A DNA stretch of 64,000 bases from Octopus sinensis (GCF_006345805.1 NC_043007.1:13950001-14014000), one strand, 5' to 3'. Positions 1-13,248 are shown, counted from the stretch's first letter. Notes: generated by a model from the letters alone, not told the origin. Numbers and translations are program-made.

Positions 1-175
1 ACACACACATTATATGTATTTCTAGTAAAACACCTGATTTTGAGTTAGCATTTTGTTCTTGAACAGTGTTGGTAAATAACTGCACCCAGTGAATTAAATT
101 AACATCACCAAGGCCAAAGAACTTTTATGGACCTTTGCTTCTTTTCTTTTTTACCTTATCTTATATCTTTCCGAT

Positions 176-557
176 TTAACCCTTTCGTTACTGTATTTAT
201 TTTGAGATGCTCTGTGTTTCTTTCAATTACTTTAAATATAACAAAGAATTTAGTAAAATAACTTAGTTATAACCCTTTTGTTACCAACCCGGCTGAAACC
301 GGCTCTGGCTCTGAGTACAAATGTCTCGTTTTCATAAGTTTTGAATTAAAATCTTCCAATAAATCTTAGTCACAATCTATGTTCCTAACACTAGCTGAAT
401 GATAACTAACTTATTTTACAAAATTCTTTGTTATATTTAAAGTAATTGAAAGAAACACAGAGCATCTCAAAATAAATACAGTAACAAAAGGGTTAAGCTA
501 GTGTTTGGAACATAAACTGTGACTAAGGTTTGGTGGAAGATTTTAATTCAAAACTTA
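176..557. mobile_element. Nested pair of piggyBac-like (TTAA) MITEs of one family
   Basis: A + copy at ~270-496 (TAACCC...GGGTTAA) sits inside a minus-orientation copy whose halves are at 176-270 and 497-557. The family matches 31340-31569. Confidence 0.8.
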
Positions 558-720
558 ACATTGGGAAGAAACAAGAATTAAAGTATTTATATTCTTTCAA
601 GTCAGTCATAGTTGAGAGAACTTATAACCAAAAGGCATTACAGCCATCACATCCCATTGGCTCCAAGAATACATTGTCCAACGTGTCATTCCATATTCTT
701 TTTAATATAATGGTTGTGGT

Positions 721-965
721 TTAAGCCCTGAGTGTTCGGCTCATTCTATTCGATGTAATCCTTACCGATTCACATAGTTTTGAATTAATCATGCATTATC
801 TCATATCTTTGAGATTTCGAAGATGTGATTATTTAACGTAGAATAACATTGTAGGGTAAGTATGAAAGCCTGGATCTGGTCAGTTTGAACAAAAAAAAAA
901 AAAACCCAAAAAACAGACGAGATATTTTGGCTGGATATGGCCAGTTTTAAATGCTAAAGGGTTAG
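721..965 (+). mobile_element. Second piggyBac-like MITE family, degenerate copy
   Basis: Ends in ...ATGCTAAAGGGTTAG; internal GGATCTGGTCAGTTTGAAC is shared with 24248-24452 and, reverse-complemented, with 4397-4620. Confidence 0.6.
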
Positions 966-1892
966 AAAGAGATTTAGCTGTTATATTTAACTAACTGAAT
1001 GACTAAATAAGGGTCCTTGAATGGGTTTACATACACACTTGCACAAATCACTGTGCGCGCGTGTGTGTGAGAAAAATGAAGAGAGGGACATAAGGCGGGA
1101 TATGTTGAGGTGTGTGTTGTACCTATAATAAGTCACTTAGAATGAATACCAGTTATATATAGTGGGAATTTTATAACAATCAATACTGAAATTACATCAT
1201 GAATAACTGGGTCCTATTTCTATTCTTTAAATCAATCACAAGATAAGTGCAAAGATGAGCAACATGGCCAAGAGGTTTACTCCAGAACTACATGGCTCTA
1301 AAATCAATCTTGATTTGGGGCATCTTAACCCAGAGTCCAGCAATCAACCATGTTTTATTTACATATATATTATATACCCACAGGTACACTATGTATGTGT
1401 CTTATTATATACTATGTAACTGAGCAGTCCAACAAATAAAAACTGATAAAATGCACTCCACATTAATGGGGGGTTGATGTGGTTGACTAAATTCCATGAA
1501 AGTAGCGTTGATGCATGTCTGCAGTCAAATAAATAGACATACCAATTTAAATAAATGCTTATAGTATGCGTGTGCGTGTGTATGTGTGTTAGGTGTACGC
1601 GCACACACACAAAATAACACAGCTCTAGATATATAATGCATGGGAAAACTAGGATGGACAGACATGAATGTATTTGATCATAGGTATGGCAAAACAACAA
1701 ATAACTAAAAAGAAACACCAATTATGTGGAAATATTTGTAGTTGATAAAGCGTAAATATATATATATAGACACACACAACACCATATATATTCTACACAC
1801 ACATACACTCAACACCATATATATTCTACACACACACAACACAAAAAATATATACATATACATACAAAGTATATAAAATTTATAAATCATCA

Positions 1893-1931
<39 letters not shown>

Positions 1932-2160
1932 TATAATAGAGTATGGTGTGTGTATATATATATATATATATAATTAAGCTTTGTTTAACAGTATGTGCAA
2001 GATATATTATGAAATATCAAACCCTATAATTATTATGTATTAATGTTTGTGAGTGAGTGTATACACACAATAATATATATTTATGGTTATTGCTGTTTGG
2101 TTAAAGAACTCTGCAACCAAACATGTGGCACCAGGTTTGAGCCAACTGCACATTGGTTCT

Positions 2161-2194
<34 letters not shown>

Positions 2195-2355
2195 AGGTCT
2201 GCAATGACCAATAATTGTGTGCGTTTGTGTATATATGAGTATATATACACACACACACACACATACCCTATGGTAAACTGAAATAGCTCCAGAAGTTCAT
2301 TAAGTACATGATTGAAACTAGTGTTGTATAGATATATATATACACATATTAAATA

Positions 2356-2391
<36 letters not shown>

Positions 2392-2785
2392 CACATATTA
2401 AATATATATATACACACATAAAATTCATGATACATTTAAAAATAAAATATACATTATGTACACACACATATATCTATCTATATACATACATAAAATATGT
2501 AATATATACATACATATAATATGTAATATATACATACATATAATATGTAATATATACATACATATAATGATGATGATGATGATATATGTATGTGTGTGTG
2601 TGTATGTATGTATATATATGTAATTATATCATATATTTAAAACTTACATTTTATACATCACATGTGCAAAATATATATTTTGACACATCAACATCACATA
2701 TACACAATTTATATTTTGTATCCATGTATCATATATATAAATCTACATTTCATAACTATCAAATATATCTATAACCCACACTATA

Positions 2786-2837
<52 letters not shown>

Positions 2838-3130
2838 AACACAAAATATACATTATACATAGGTTCATGATATGCACATGAACTTATAGATTATATAATA
2901 CGATTTCCATTATACGTACATATGATCCACATTTGATGTACACGTACATTTATTCATTAGATATCTTTACATTTATAGATTAAATGTATGTATATATTTA
3001 CACATTATATTAATATGTATATAATGATACATATTATACAGACATTGTATTTATATATTTATACATGATTGCATATACATCAAACATAATTTTATAAATA
3101 CATATATTGTAAATTTTATATAAATACTAC

Positions 3131-3162
<32 letters not shown>

Positions 3163-3648
3163 ATACACATATATCAATATACATATTATGTACTAGTAGT
3201 GTCTTGTCCATTTAAATCGTGTAACATTTATGATATATACAATTTACATCATTAGCGAACGGGCCTTTTCTGATGTCCTTAGGAAAGGCACGGACATCAA
3301 AAGACCCTAATTTACTCGACTCCCTTTAGACATACAAATACATACATACCATATTAGACACTGGAAATTGGACATAAAGTGATGAAAATGTGTGTGTATG
3401 TATGTCAATATATATATATATATATATATAATATATATATATACATACATACATACACACACACATTCACCTAGACAAACAATCACACGCACTTTTACAT
3501 ATATATATTATACACACACATTTCCAAATTGAAATATATATATACACACAGACAGACATACATACATAAGCAGTCTATATATATATATACATATATACAC
3601 ACACACACACACACTGCCGGTAATATACAAACACAATTCCACACAGAA

Positions 3649-3679
<31 letters not shown>

Positions 3680-3740
3680 TATACAGACATATGCATATTT
3701 ATACATATTTGTAAGCATTCAACATACACATTCTGCCAAA

Positions 3741-3777
<37 letters not shown>

Positions 3778-3855
3778 CACACACACATACATACACAGAA
3801 ATTCACAATTCTATACAGAAATATAATATACTCATAGACAGATACATACATATTT

Positions 3856-3887
<32 letters not shown>

Positions 3888-4396
3888 GTATTAAGCATGC
3901 AACATACAGCCAGTAACATAATCTGTATAATATGTAAAGAGGGAGAGCGCTATGGTACTTCTACCAATACCATGAGGATAAAAACCTGACTAACATTTCG
4001 GGCAGGGTCCTTACTATGGAGAACATGATCTTTTCATCAATTGGCTCCAAGGCACCGCAGACAGAAATAGGACTCCTTAAATTCTAGTCATTATGAATTC
4101 TCATACTGTCTTACAAAATGTAAGGTTTCCCTTGAACGGTTACGAGAGGAAAAAACAAATAATAAAAATAATAATGGTATGTAGTAAATGGAACTTTTAA
4201 ACATTCATGTTATTCCCATGCTGTATTCTATGCATGCTCCCCTCCAAGGAATTAAGGGCAAAAATGGCATTGAATGGGGGTCTGAGCTTAATGTCAAGAA
4301 GGGCTGTGAGAAAACTAAAACGCTCTGTTTAGCTACATCCAAGGGGCACTTGGTGAGGACTCTAAGAAAATATACAAATAAACACACAAACACACT

Positions 4397-4620
4397 TTAA
4401 CCCTTTAGTTTCTAAACCGACCAAAACTGGCACAAATATTCTGTTTTGGTGTACAAACTGGCCAGATCTGGCGTCTCGCGTTGACCCTACAATGCCGTTC
4501 TAAAAATATACAATCACATCATTGAAATCTTAAAGCCCCCAAGACAAGGCGTGGTTAATTTTTGGTTAATTCAAAAACAATGTGAATACATAGGCAATAC
4601 ATTCCTCAAAAGTAAACGGG
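4397..4620 (-). mobile_element. Second piggyBac-like MITE family, reverse copy
   Basis: Starts TTAACCCTTTAG; contains AAACTGGCCAGATCTGG, the reverse complement of the family core. Right end approximate. Confidence 0.55.
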
Positions 4621-4796
4621 ATGTTGGGACAAGTGTGTTGTGATGTGTATGTATGTATGTATATATATATATACATATATATATATATTGGCCTGCTCGC
4701 TTAGCCTGCAGGGTGGCGTCATTTGAAGGCTAAGGCAGTGCGAAGCGCATTGTGACCAGCGATGTGTAGCAACATCTGATGGCCTGATCGGTCATG

Positions 4797-4828
<32 letters not shown>

Positions 4829-5194
4829 ACGGGAAGGTATACGAAAATAAACAAAAGACGAAGGCAGGTGGAGTACAAACAAACAATGTATTAGTATGGC
4901 GCTCATACAAGTCTTTTACGTTTCGAGCCTACGCTCTTCGACAGAAAGATACACAGAAAAGAAACAAGGAGAGAAAAAAATTGCGTGTAGGGGCTAAAGA
5001 TCCAACATATATACACACACACCTGGAAATTCAGGATGAGCAAATTTATGTGGCCATCATTGAGTTGATGTATATAATATTGATTTAATGGACATGTCCT
5101 TAAATAAACAGATACATATCTAGATGTGCGTGTGTGTTTATAATAAAGACAGTATCCTATGATTTGAAGAAATAGAGGAATGCACAATTTTATA

Positions 5195-5790
5195 GATTGC
5201 TTTCAGTCACTGGACTGTAGCCATGCTGGAGCACCACCAACGAGGGTTGTAGTGGACCGTGTTAACCCTGCACACATTTCAGTCAGGCACTTAAATTACA
5301 TAGGCACGGGGAACGACGAGGTTTCATCCAGTTTCCATCTGGTAGATTCCACAAAGAAAGGCACTGGTTGTGTCGAGCACTCGCCTAAGATTCCACAGAG
5401 TGGGATTGAACTGGAAACCTTGTGGCTGCGTAGAAAACATCTGAACCCACACAGCTATGCCTACACGCGTTATTTATCTATTACTTGCTGCATTTACTGG
5501 ACTGTGGCCACGCTGGGGCACTGCGACGAGAGAATAAAACAACTCAAGTACTTATACTGAAATCTAGTACTTATATTATTGATCTCCTTTGCCAAACTGC
5601 TAAGTTGCAGTAATATAAACAAACCAGTACTGGCTGTGAAATGGTGGGCGGGGGGGGGGGACAAATATACACACGACGGGTTTCCACACAGTTTCCATCT
5701 ATCAAATTCACTCACTGGGGCTATGGTAGAAGACACGTGCCCAAAGTGCCACAGCGTGACTTGAACTCAAGAGCACAGGGTTGCAAAGCA
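5195..5790 (-). mobile_element. Cluster of degenerate tRNA-head SINEs (family B)
   Basis: Reverse-strand matches to the family B head, CAGTTTCCATCT...GTAGAAGACAC, and the GCCATGCTGGAGCACC tail seen in the intact copy at 29031-29426. Confidence 0.7.
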
Positions 5791-7043
5791 GATTTATACA
5801 TACATGTATCTATTTAGTTGTAAAACTACACAGAGGCTAACAGTTTCACTATTGTGCTTAAAAGTGCAACAAACAAACCTCTCATCGCTCGAGTCACTAT
5901 TGTAGTTTATCAGCTAAATAAACGTGTGTGTGTGTGTGTGTGAGTGTGTAAATGAAAACGAGTTTTGGTTATTCATTCACGATATTAAGAAAATGAAAGC
6001 TTATTTATCACCAAATTTAATCAAACATACATTCAAACATGAAACATGTAATAATTTTATACTGTGTGCATGCATGTGTATATGTCTTTTATTGTTTTTA
6101 GTCATTTGTGTATAGCCATACTTAGGTAATTCTTAAGGTATATATAATATAAGTCTATCACATTGATCTCAGTAATTATTTCGGTAACTTCGGAAAATGG
6201 ACATAGAACAAATTTGGACTCTGAAATATTACGGAATGATCAAATACCCTAAAGACATCGTTTGATGCTCTACCGATTCTGTTCTTATATATATATATAA
6301 AAATCCCATGGGATAATTTGTTATTTTAAGAAGGATATGAAAACATAATCCACAAAGGAATTTAAATCAACATTCCAGCAGACATGGGAAATCTAATAAT
6401 GTCTGGATCTGTAATAATATATCCAAGTAAAATTTCTCTTCTTTAATTTTCTGTTTTTTTTCTCTTTTTTTTTTGTAGATAGATGTAAACAAACCAACAA
6501 CCTTCAGAGAACCCAGCTGGTATTAAATCCTAGAATGTCATGGCACCACAATTTCAAAAGGACAGCTGACATAGTCGACCCAAGTTGGATTTGATCACTG
6601 TATGCTCTGGATTGGAACCAAAATACCATGTAACATTTTGGTTCCAATACTCTACAGAATCTGCTAAACCACCATTTTTGCAACCATGATGTGTGGGTCT
6701 AAATAATTGTGTGTGTGTGTGTGTGTGTACATAGCTTTTGTCCTCAACATGGTGGCAATCTGAGACACAAAATATTTATGATTTTTAACAAGTTAAGATT
6801 GCAGATATCGGAAACTAAATTTCACTAAATACAATACAGTTATTTAATTTCATTTCTCTATCTCAAATCTCACCAAAGTAAGCTGTAAACTGCTTTTCTA
6901 CCTCTGTCAGAACCATTACTGGTCCTGTGGGGCTGGGGTTAGAAACCAGTTCTCTGTCTTCTCCCCACGTTCTAAGAAAAATCTGAATGAATATTAGTGA
7001 CATTCATTCATACCTTTAATTTTTTTTATTCTTTTTTTACATA

Positions 7044-7772
7044 TTTTACTTGTTTCAGTCAGACTACGGCCAAGCTGGGGCACTGCCCTGAAGAATTTTC
7101 AATTGAAAAAGTTGACCCCAGTACTCACTTCTTTTAAGCCTGGTATGTATTCTGTTGGTCTCTTTTGCTGAACTGCTAAGTCACAAAGACGTAGACACAG
7201 CAACACCAGTAGTGGGGGACAAACACACACACACACATATAGGGTGACAATATGATGGGTACATGGTATTATATTAATTTTTGAGATTTATCCGATAGCT
7301 GTGGTACGTAGGTTGCTTACCAACCACATGGTACCTTAGGCAAGTGTCTTCTACTATAGCCCCAGGCCGACCAAAGCCTTGTGAATGGATTTGGTAGACA
7401 GAAACTGAAAGAAGCCTGTCATATATTATATATATGTGTGTGTGTTTGTCCCCCCACCATTGTTTAACAACCGATGTTGGTGTGGCAAAAGTGATCGATA
7501 GAATAAGTACTAGGCTTACAAAGAATAAGTCCTGGGGTTGATTTGTTCGACTAAAGGCTGTGCTCCAGCATGGTCGCAGTCAAATGACTGAAACACGTAA
7601 AAGAGTAAAAGATATATATATATATATACGATGGACTTCCTTCAGTTTCTGCTACTGAATCCTTGTTTGGCCTGAGGCTATTGGAGAATATGCACGTTTA
7701 AGGTACATACGGTGGGACTGAACCTGGAACCATGTGGTTGGGAGGCAAGCTTCTTACCACACAGCCACACCA
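7044..7772. mobile_element. Three family B SINEs in alternating orientation (- 7044-7230, + 7297-7612, - 7625-7772)
   Basis: Shared blocks CCTT(A/G)GGCAAGTGTCTTCTACTATAGCC, GGATTTGGTAGAC, GGGGTTGATTTGTTCGACTAAAGG and CCAGCATGGTCGCAGTCAAATGACTGAAAC. Confidence 0.8.
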
Positions 7773-8039
7773 ATGGCTTTTAATAATGTTAAGTAAAATG
7801 AAAGTCTGTGTGTCAGGATTGAACCTGTATTGCTTATTTGTTTTAATTATACATGCAAACCAAAACCACAACATACTGAAGATTGATGCCAGCTGACCGG
7901 TCAGTCCAGCATGATTAAAGATTGAAAGAGTGACAGAACTCCTGGTCAGATAAAAAGAAAAGAAAAGAAAAGAAACAAACAAAAGCTACGGAATGTAGTA
8001 ATTACAGTTCGTTTCGGTGATGTAAAGGGTACATGGAAT

Positions 8040-8236
8040 ATAGCTGACCACTTGAGGTTAAGTTCTGGGACATAGCTTGGCTGAGGTTGAGTTTAGGGCA
8101 TAGCTGACCACTTGAGGTTAAGTTCTGGGACATAGCTTGGCTGAGGTTGAGTTTAGGGCATAGCTGACCACTTGAGGTTAAGTTCTGGGACATAGCTTGG
8201 CTGAGGTTGAGTTTAGGGCATAGCTGACCACTTGAG
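8040..8236. repeat. Perfect 60-bp minisatellite, ~3.3 copies
   Basis: TAGCTGACCACTTGAGGTTAAGTTCTGGGACATAGCTTGGCTGAGGTTGAGTTTAGGGCA is identical at 8041, 8101 and 8161, with a partial copy at 8221. Confidence 0.98.
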
Positions 8237-8594
8237 ATTGTGGTGTTAGATAACCAGGGTGTAGGTTTGTGACATGAAAAGCTTTTGAAAGCGGTGTGCT
8301 ATCTTGACAAAGGAAACGATTGGTTTAGAAGTTCTACCTGACCTGATAAACACAATCAGAAATATATATAACAGATTATATCTAATACAGCAATGTGAGA
8401 GATATGTGTGTGAGTGTGGAGATAGAGAGAGAGTGAGTGTGTGTCTGTATGAATTTATTTACAGAGAAAGAAAGAGAGAGAATGTGAGCATTTTTTTTGT
8501 AAAGAGAGTATGTGTTTTGTATACACACATTAGCATTTAACAACCATATAGAGAAAGAGAATTGTATGCACACACACACACACATAAATATAAT

Positions 8595-8742
8595 CTATTT
8601 CTTTACTACCCACAAGGGGCTAAACATAGAGGGGACAACAAGGACAGACAAAGGGATTAAGTCGATTACATCGACCCCGCCCCGGTGCAAAACTGGTACT
8701 TTATTTATCGACCCCGAAAGGATGAAAGGCAAAGTCGACCTC
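8595..8742 (-). mobile_element. 5'-truncated family A SINE
   Basis: Reverse complement of the GTCGACTTTGCCTTTCATCCTTTCGGGGTCGATAAA core and the GTAGTAAAGAAATAG tail. Confidence 0.85.
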
Positions 8743-9213
8743 AAACACACACACATATACATATAATCATTTAACGTCTGTGTGTGTGTGTATGTGCACA
8801 GTCTGTCATGTTTCGAACCTTAGTCGTCGTGAGAATCCAGGGTATGTCTGTCCGTGTTTAGTATAAGTACTGTACGACATAGATGGTATCCATTTTCTGA
8901 TAAAGCCTATGGCTGGCGATCCAGTTCCTTTCTCTATTTTATAATTTTATTCCCATTATTTTTCACTTACTGCAACACCACGGGAAAAACGATGAACGAA
9001 CGAATGAAAGCCACAGCTTCCACTCCGAGTCAGCACAGCTGATCCTCCTCCTTATATTTGGTGGATATAACTCTGGTAACAAACCCAACCAAGTCAGCAT
9101 TTGTACTCTCTGATGTTCTTCATCAATACTCAATCTTAGACACGTGTATAGTGGCATACATAAAAGTATGCACGTGCACAGATGCCTTATTATTATGTAT
9201 AATAAATATATCA

Positions 9214-9290
9214 CCCTTCTACGTCAGTTCTCCATGCTGGCATGGGTTGGACGGTTTGACAAGTGCTGCACCACGTTTCAGTCTGTTTTG
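9214..9290 (-). mobile_element. 3' end of an RTE-type SINE/LINE, directly upstream of the satellite
   Basis: CCATGCTGGCATGGGTTGGACGGTTTGAC is the near-exact reverse complement of GTCAAACCGTCCAATCCATGCCAGCATGG at ~26778-26806. Confidence 0.7.
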
Positions 9291-9291
9291 A

Positions 9292-11270
9292 TTTGGTTTC
9301 TACAACTGGATGCCCTTCCTGACGCCAACCACTTTACAGTGTGTATCGAAAGTAAATAGAAATAGTAAATTTCAGCGGTGGTGCCCCAGCATGGCCGCGG
9401 CCTTTGGGCTAAAACATTTTCAAGGATTTAAGGATTAAGACACCCCTAATTATGGCTTTTGGTTTCTACAACTGGATGCCTTTCCTGACGCCAACCACTT
9501 TACAGTGTGTATCGAAAGTAAATAGAAATAGTAAATTTCAGCGGTGGGGCCCCAGCATGGCCGCGGCCTTTGGGCTAAAACATTTTTAAGGATTAAGGAT
9601 TAAGACACCCCTAATTATGGCTTTTGGTTTCTACAACTGGATGCCCTTCCTGACGCCAACCACTTTAAAGTGTGTATCGAAAGTAAATAGAAATAGTAAA
9701 TTTCAGCGGTGGTGCCCCAGCATGGCCGCGGCCTTTGGGCCTAAAACATTTTTAAGGATTAAGGGACACCCCTAATTAAGGCTTTTGGTTTCTACAAATG
9801 GATGCCCTTCCTGACGCCAACACTTACAGTGTGTATCGAAAGTAAATAGAAATAGTAAATTTCAGCGGTGGTGCCCCAGCATGGCCGCGGCCTTTGGGCT
9901 AAAAACATTTTTAAGGATTTAAGGATTAAGACACCCCTAATTATGGCTTTTGGTTTCTACAACTGGATGCCCTTCCTGACGCCAACCACTTTACAGTGTG
10001 TATCGAAAGTAAATAGAAATAGTAAATTTCAGCGGTGGTGCCCGCATGGCCGCGGCCTTGGGCTTTTTAAAGGATTTAAGGATTAAGACAACCCCCTATT
10101 AAGGCTTTTGGTTTCTACAACTGGATGCCCTTCCTGACGCCAACCACTTACAGTGTGTATCGAAAGTAAATAGAAATAGTAAATTTCAGCGGTGGTGCCC
10201 CAGCATGGCCGCGGCCTTGGGCTAAAACATTTTTAAGATTTAAGGATTAAGACACCCCTAATTATGGCTTTTGGTTCTACAACTGGATGCCCTTCCTGAC
10301 GCCAACCACTTTACAGGTGTATCGAAAGTAAATAGAAATAGTAAATTTCAGCGGTGGTGCCCCAGCATGGCCGCGGCCTTTGGGCTAAAACATTTTCAAG
10401 GATTTAAGGATTAAGACACCCCTAATTAAGGCTTTTGGTTTCTACAACTGGATGCCCTTCCTGACGCCAACCACTTTACAGTGTGTATCGAAAGTAAATA
10501 GAAATAGTAAATTTCAGCGGTGGTGCCCCAGCATGGCCGCGGCCTTTGGGCTAAAACATTTTTAAGGATTTAAGGATTAAGACACCCCTAATTAAGGCTT
10601 TTGGTTTCTACAACTGGATGCCCTTCCTGACGCCAACCACTTTACAGTGTGTATCGAAAGTAAATAGAAATAGTAAATTTCAGCGGTGGTGCCCCAGCAT
10701 GGCCGCGGCCTTTGGGCTAAAACATTTTCAAGGATTTAAGGATTAAGACACCCCTAATTAAGGCTTTTGGTTTCTACAACTGGATGCCCTTCCTGACGCC
10801 AACCACTTTACAGTGTGTATCGAAAGTAAATAGAAATAGTAAATTTCAGCGGTGGTGCCCCAGCATGGCTGCGGCCTTTGGGCTAAAACATTTTTAAGGA
10901 TTTAAGGATTAAGACACCCCTAATTAAGGCTTTTGGTTTCTACAACTGGATGCCCTTCCTGACGCCAACCACTTTACAGTGTGTATCGAAAGTAAATAGA
11001 AATAGTAAATTTCAGCGGTGGTGCCCCAGCATGGCTGCGGCCTTTGGGCTAAAACATTTTTAAGGATTTAAGGATTAAGACACCCCTAATTATGGCTTTT
11101 GGTTTCTACAACTGGATGCCCTTCCTAACGCCAACCACCTTACAGTGTGTATCGAAAGTAAATAGAAGTAAATAGTAAATTTCAGCGGTGGTGCCCCAGC
11201 ATGGCCGTGACCTTTGGGCTAATACATTTTTAAGGATTTAAGGATTAAGACACCCCTAATTATGGCTTTT
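9292..11270. repeat. Tandem satellite, ~166-bp unit, 12 copies
   Basis: The anchor CAACTGGATGCC (CAAATGG in copy 4) recurs at 9303, 9469, 9634, 9795, 9960, 10118, 10280, 10445, 10611, 10777, 10943 and 11109; units are near-identical with no unique spacers. Confidence 0.98.
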
Positions 11271-12612
11271 TATTTGCATGGACACTGCCCATCATTACAA
11301 TGTCCAAAAAGGGGTTAAATCATTGGAAATTGCACAAAGCAGGTCTATTAAATACTTAAGGGTTTAAATGTATCACATGACATTTTGTTTCTAGAAATTA
11401 ACCTTTCGAAAAAAAAGGGAGATGGAATCTATTTACTTTTGCCATGTGTGTACATGTATGTGCACGCATGTGTGTGTGCATACATGTGAAAACGTGGATG
11501 CAGGTGTGGGTTAGTGAAGAGGCTGGCTTCACAATCTTGAGGTATCATCAATCAGGTGACATCTTTGGTCAAGTGACTTATTTACCATTACTTTTTGTGT
11601 AGGGGGCAGATAGAGAAACTGTATGGAAGCCTATGCAATTCGGATAGACTTGTCTCTTTTATTTTACAGGGACCAACCTAGCCAGCCACATTGTGTTGTT
11701 GCTGATTTTGTCCAGTAAATTAAGGGTGCATGTGTGAAATATTGAATTACTTAAACACACACATATACATACATACATACATATGTCCACGCACGTAGGT
11801 GGTTCTGTCGATCGATCAGCTGGAAAACTGATCGTCGAAAGCGATGGAGATCCATAAGCATGTTGTATTCACATGTTTTGAAATACGCCTATGTCAATAT
11901 CGATATTAACAGCTATCACACGCACACACACACATGGAAGAGCCCCTCATTTCACATTTCCTTGTTATCGCAAACTCTAAACGGTCCCACATCTTGCTGA
12001 AAATAGCAGCTAAGTTTCTCGCAATGAAAAAAACACTAACGTTTCAAAAGCAGAAGATACAGTGGGTCAATCGATCACACGATCGACATTAGGGCCCCCT
12101 CTCGATCAAAGCTAATCCGGGGTTAACAACCAAAATCATCGTTGTGGGGGGCCCTACCAAGGAGACAGTTTATACTTTATTAAAAGGTCTGTGTAAGATG
12201 CGTTTTTCTTTTTTTCCAAAAAGAAAAACAGAGCATGTAACAGTTAAAACTTCTCCAGAAGAAAATAGAAATTGGATCTTGGACCTAGGGTAGGTTGTGA
12301 TTTGAATGAATGAATGAGGGCGAAAGGAGAACTCGGGTAGACCTTCATGTGTGACGTACCTTAAATTTTTAGATGTGAGTTCGAAAATTTGGGGGTAGGG
12401 GTGGGGGGAATTGACCAAATAAGAGAGAATGAGAGCTGGAGAAACGGATAAGCTCGTTCTTGTCTGAATACAGTCTTATATTAGTATTTTTATGAGAAAA
12501 ATATATAAAATAAGCTCAAGAGAAAAATATTTCAAAGTGGGTAAAAAAGACAAAAGACTATAAGGACGGATGAGATTGTGTGTCATTCATGCCAAGATCA
12601 TTAGATCACATT

Positions 12613-12649
<37 letters not shown>

Positions 12650-12979
12650 AGTATGGTGGGTGGGGGGAATAAGGGCGGTGCTACAAAGAGAAAAAAAAAG
12701 AGCAGAGATTCGTGTTAGAGGCGGAAATATGGCAGAATTCCATGAGAGGAGTATGGCGAAAGGACGGTGCTTTCAGCAGATATGGCATACTTCCATAGGA
12801 GAGAGTGGGTGTGCGTATATAATTCACACACACACACACATATATATATACACATACATAGATGCCTGTACGTAAAGCAATGACCACTTTTTGAAATGGG
12901 CAGCCTCACTTGATGGTAGTTAGCAGCATCATAATATATATACATATATAAATGCAATATATATATATATATAAATGCA

Positions 12980-13013
<34 letters not shown>

Positions 13014-13217
13014 TCATTTACAGGAGAGGAAAATGCCCAGAGCATTTGAAATATCGCCAGAATCAAGCGTATCTCTTTATCCAACGTTGAGAAATATCAG
13101 TAATATATATATATATATATATAATATATATGTATATATATGTGTGTGTGTGTGTGTGTGTGATCTTTGTAAGAATCCCCTTAATATGTTTTAGCTGTAT
13201 CACACACTATCTCTCAA

Positions 13218-13248
<31 letters not shown>

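Noticed and set aside
6611-6648. Perfect 14-bp inverted repeat with a 10-nt loop
   Set aside because: It sits in what looks like a decayed SINE, is too short for a pre-miRNA, and has no TSD.
9292-11270. CRISPR-like appearance of the 166-bp array (and of the ~47-bp array at 51620-52200)
   Set aside because: Whole units repeat with no unique spacers, there are no cas genes, the context is eukaryotic, and the 166-bp unit derives from SINE pieces.
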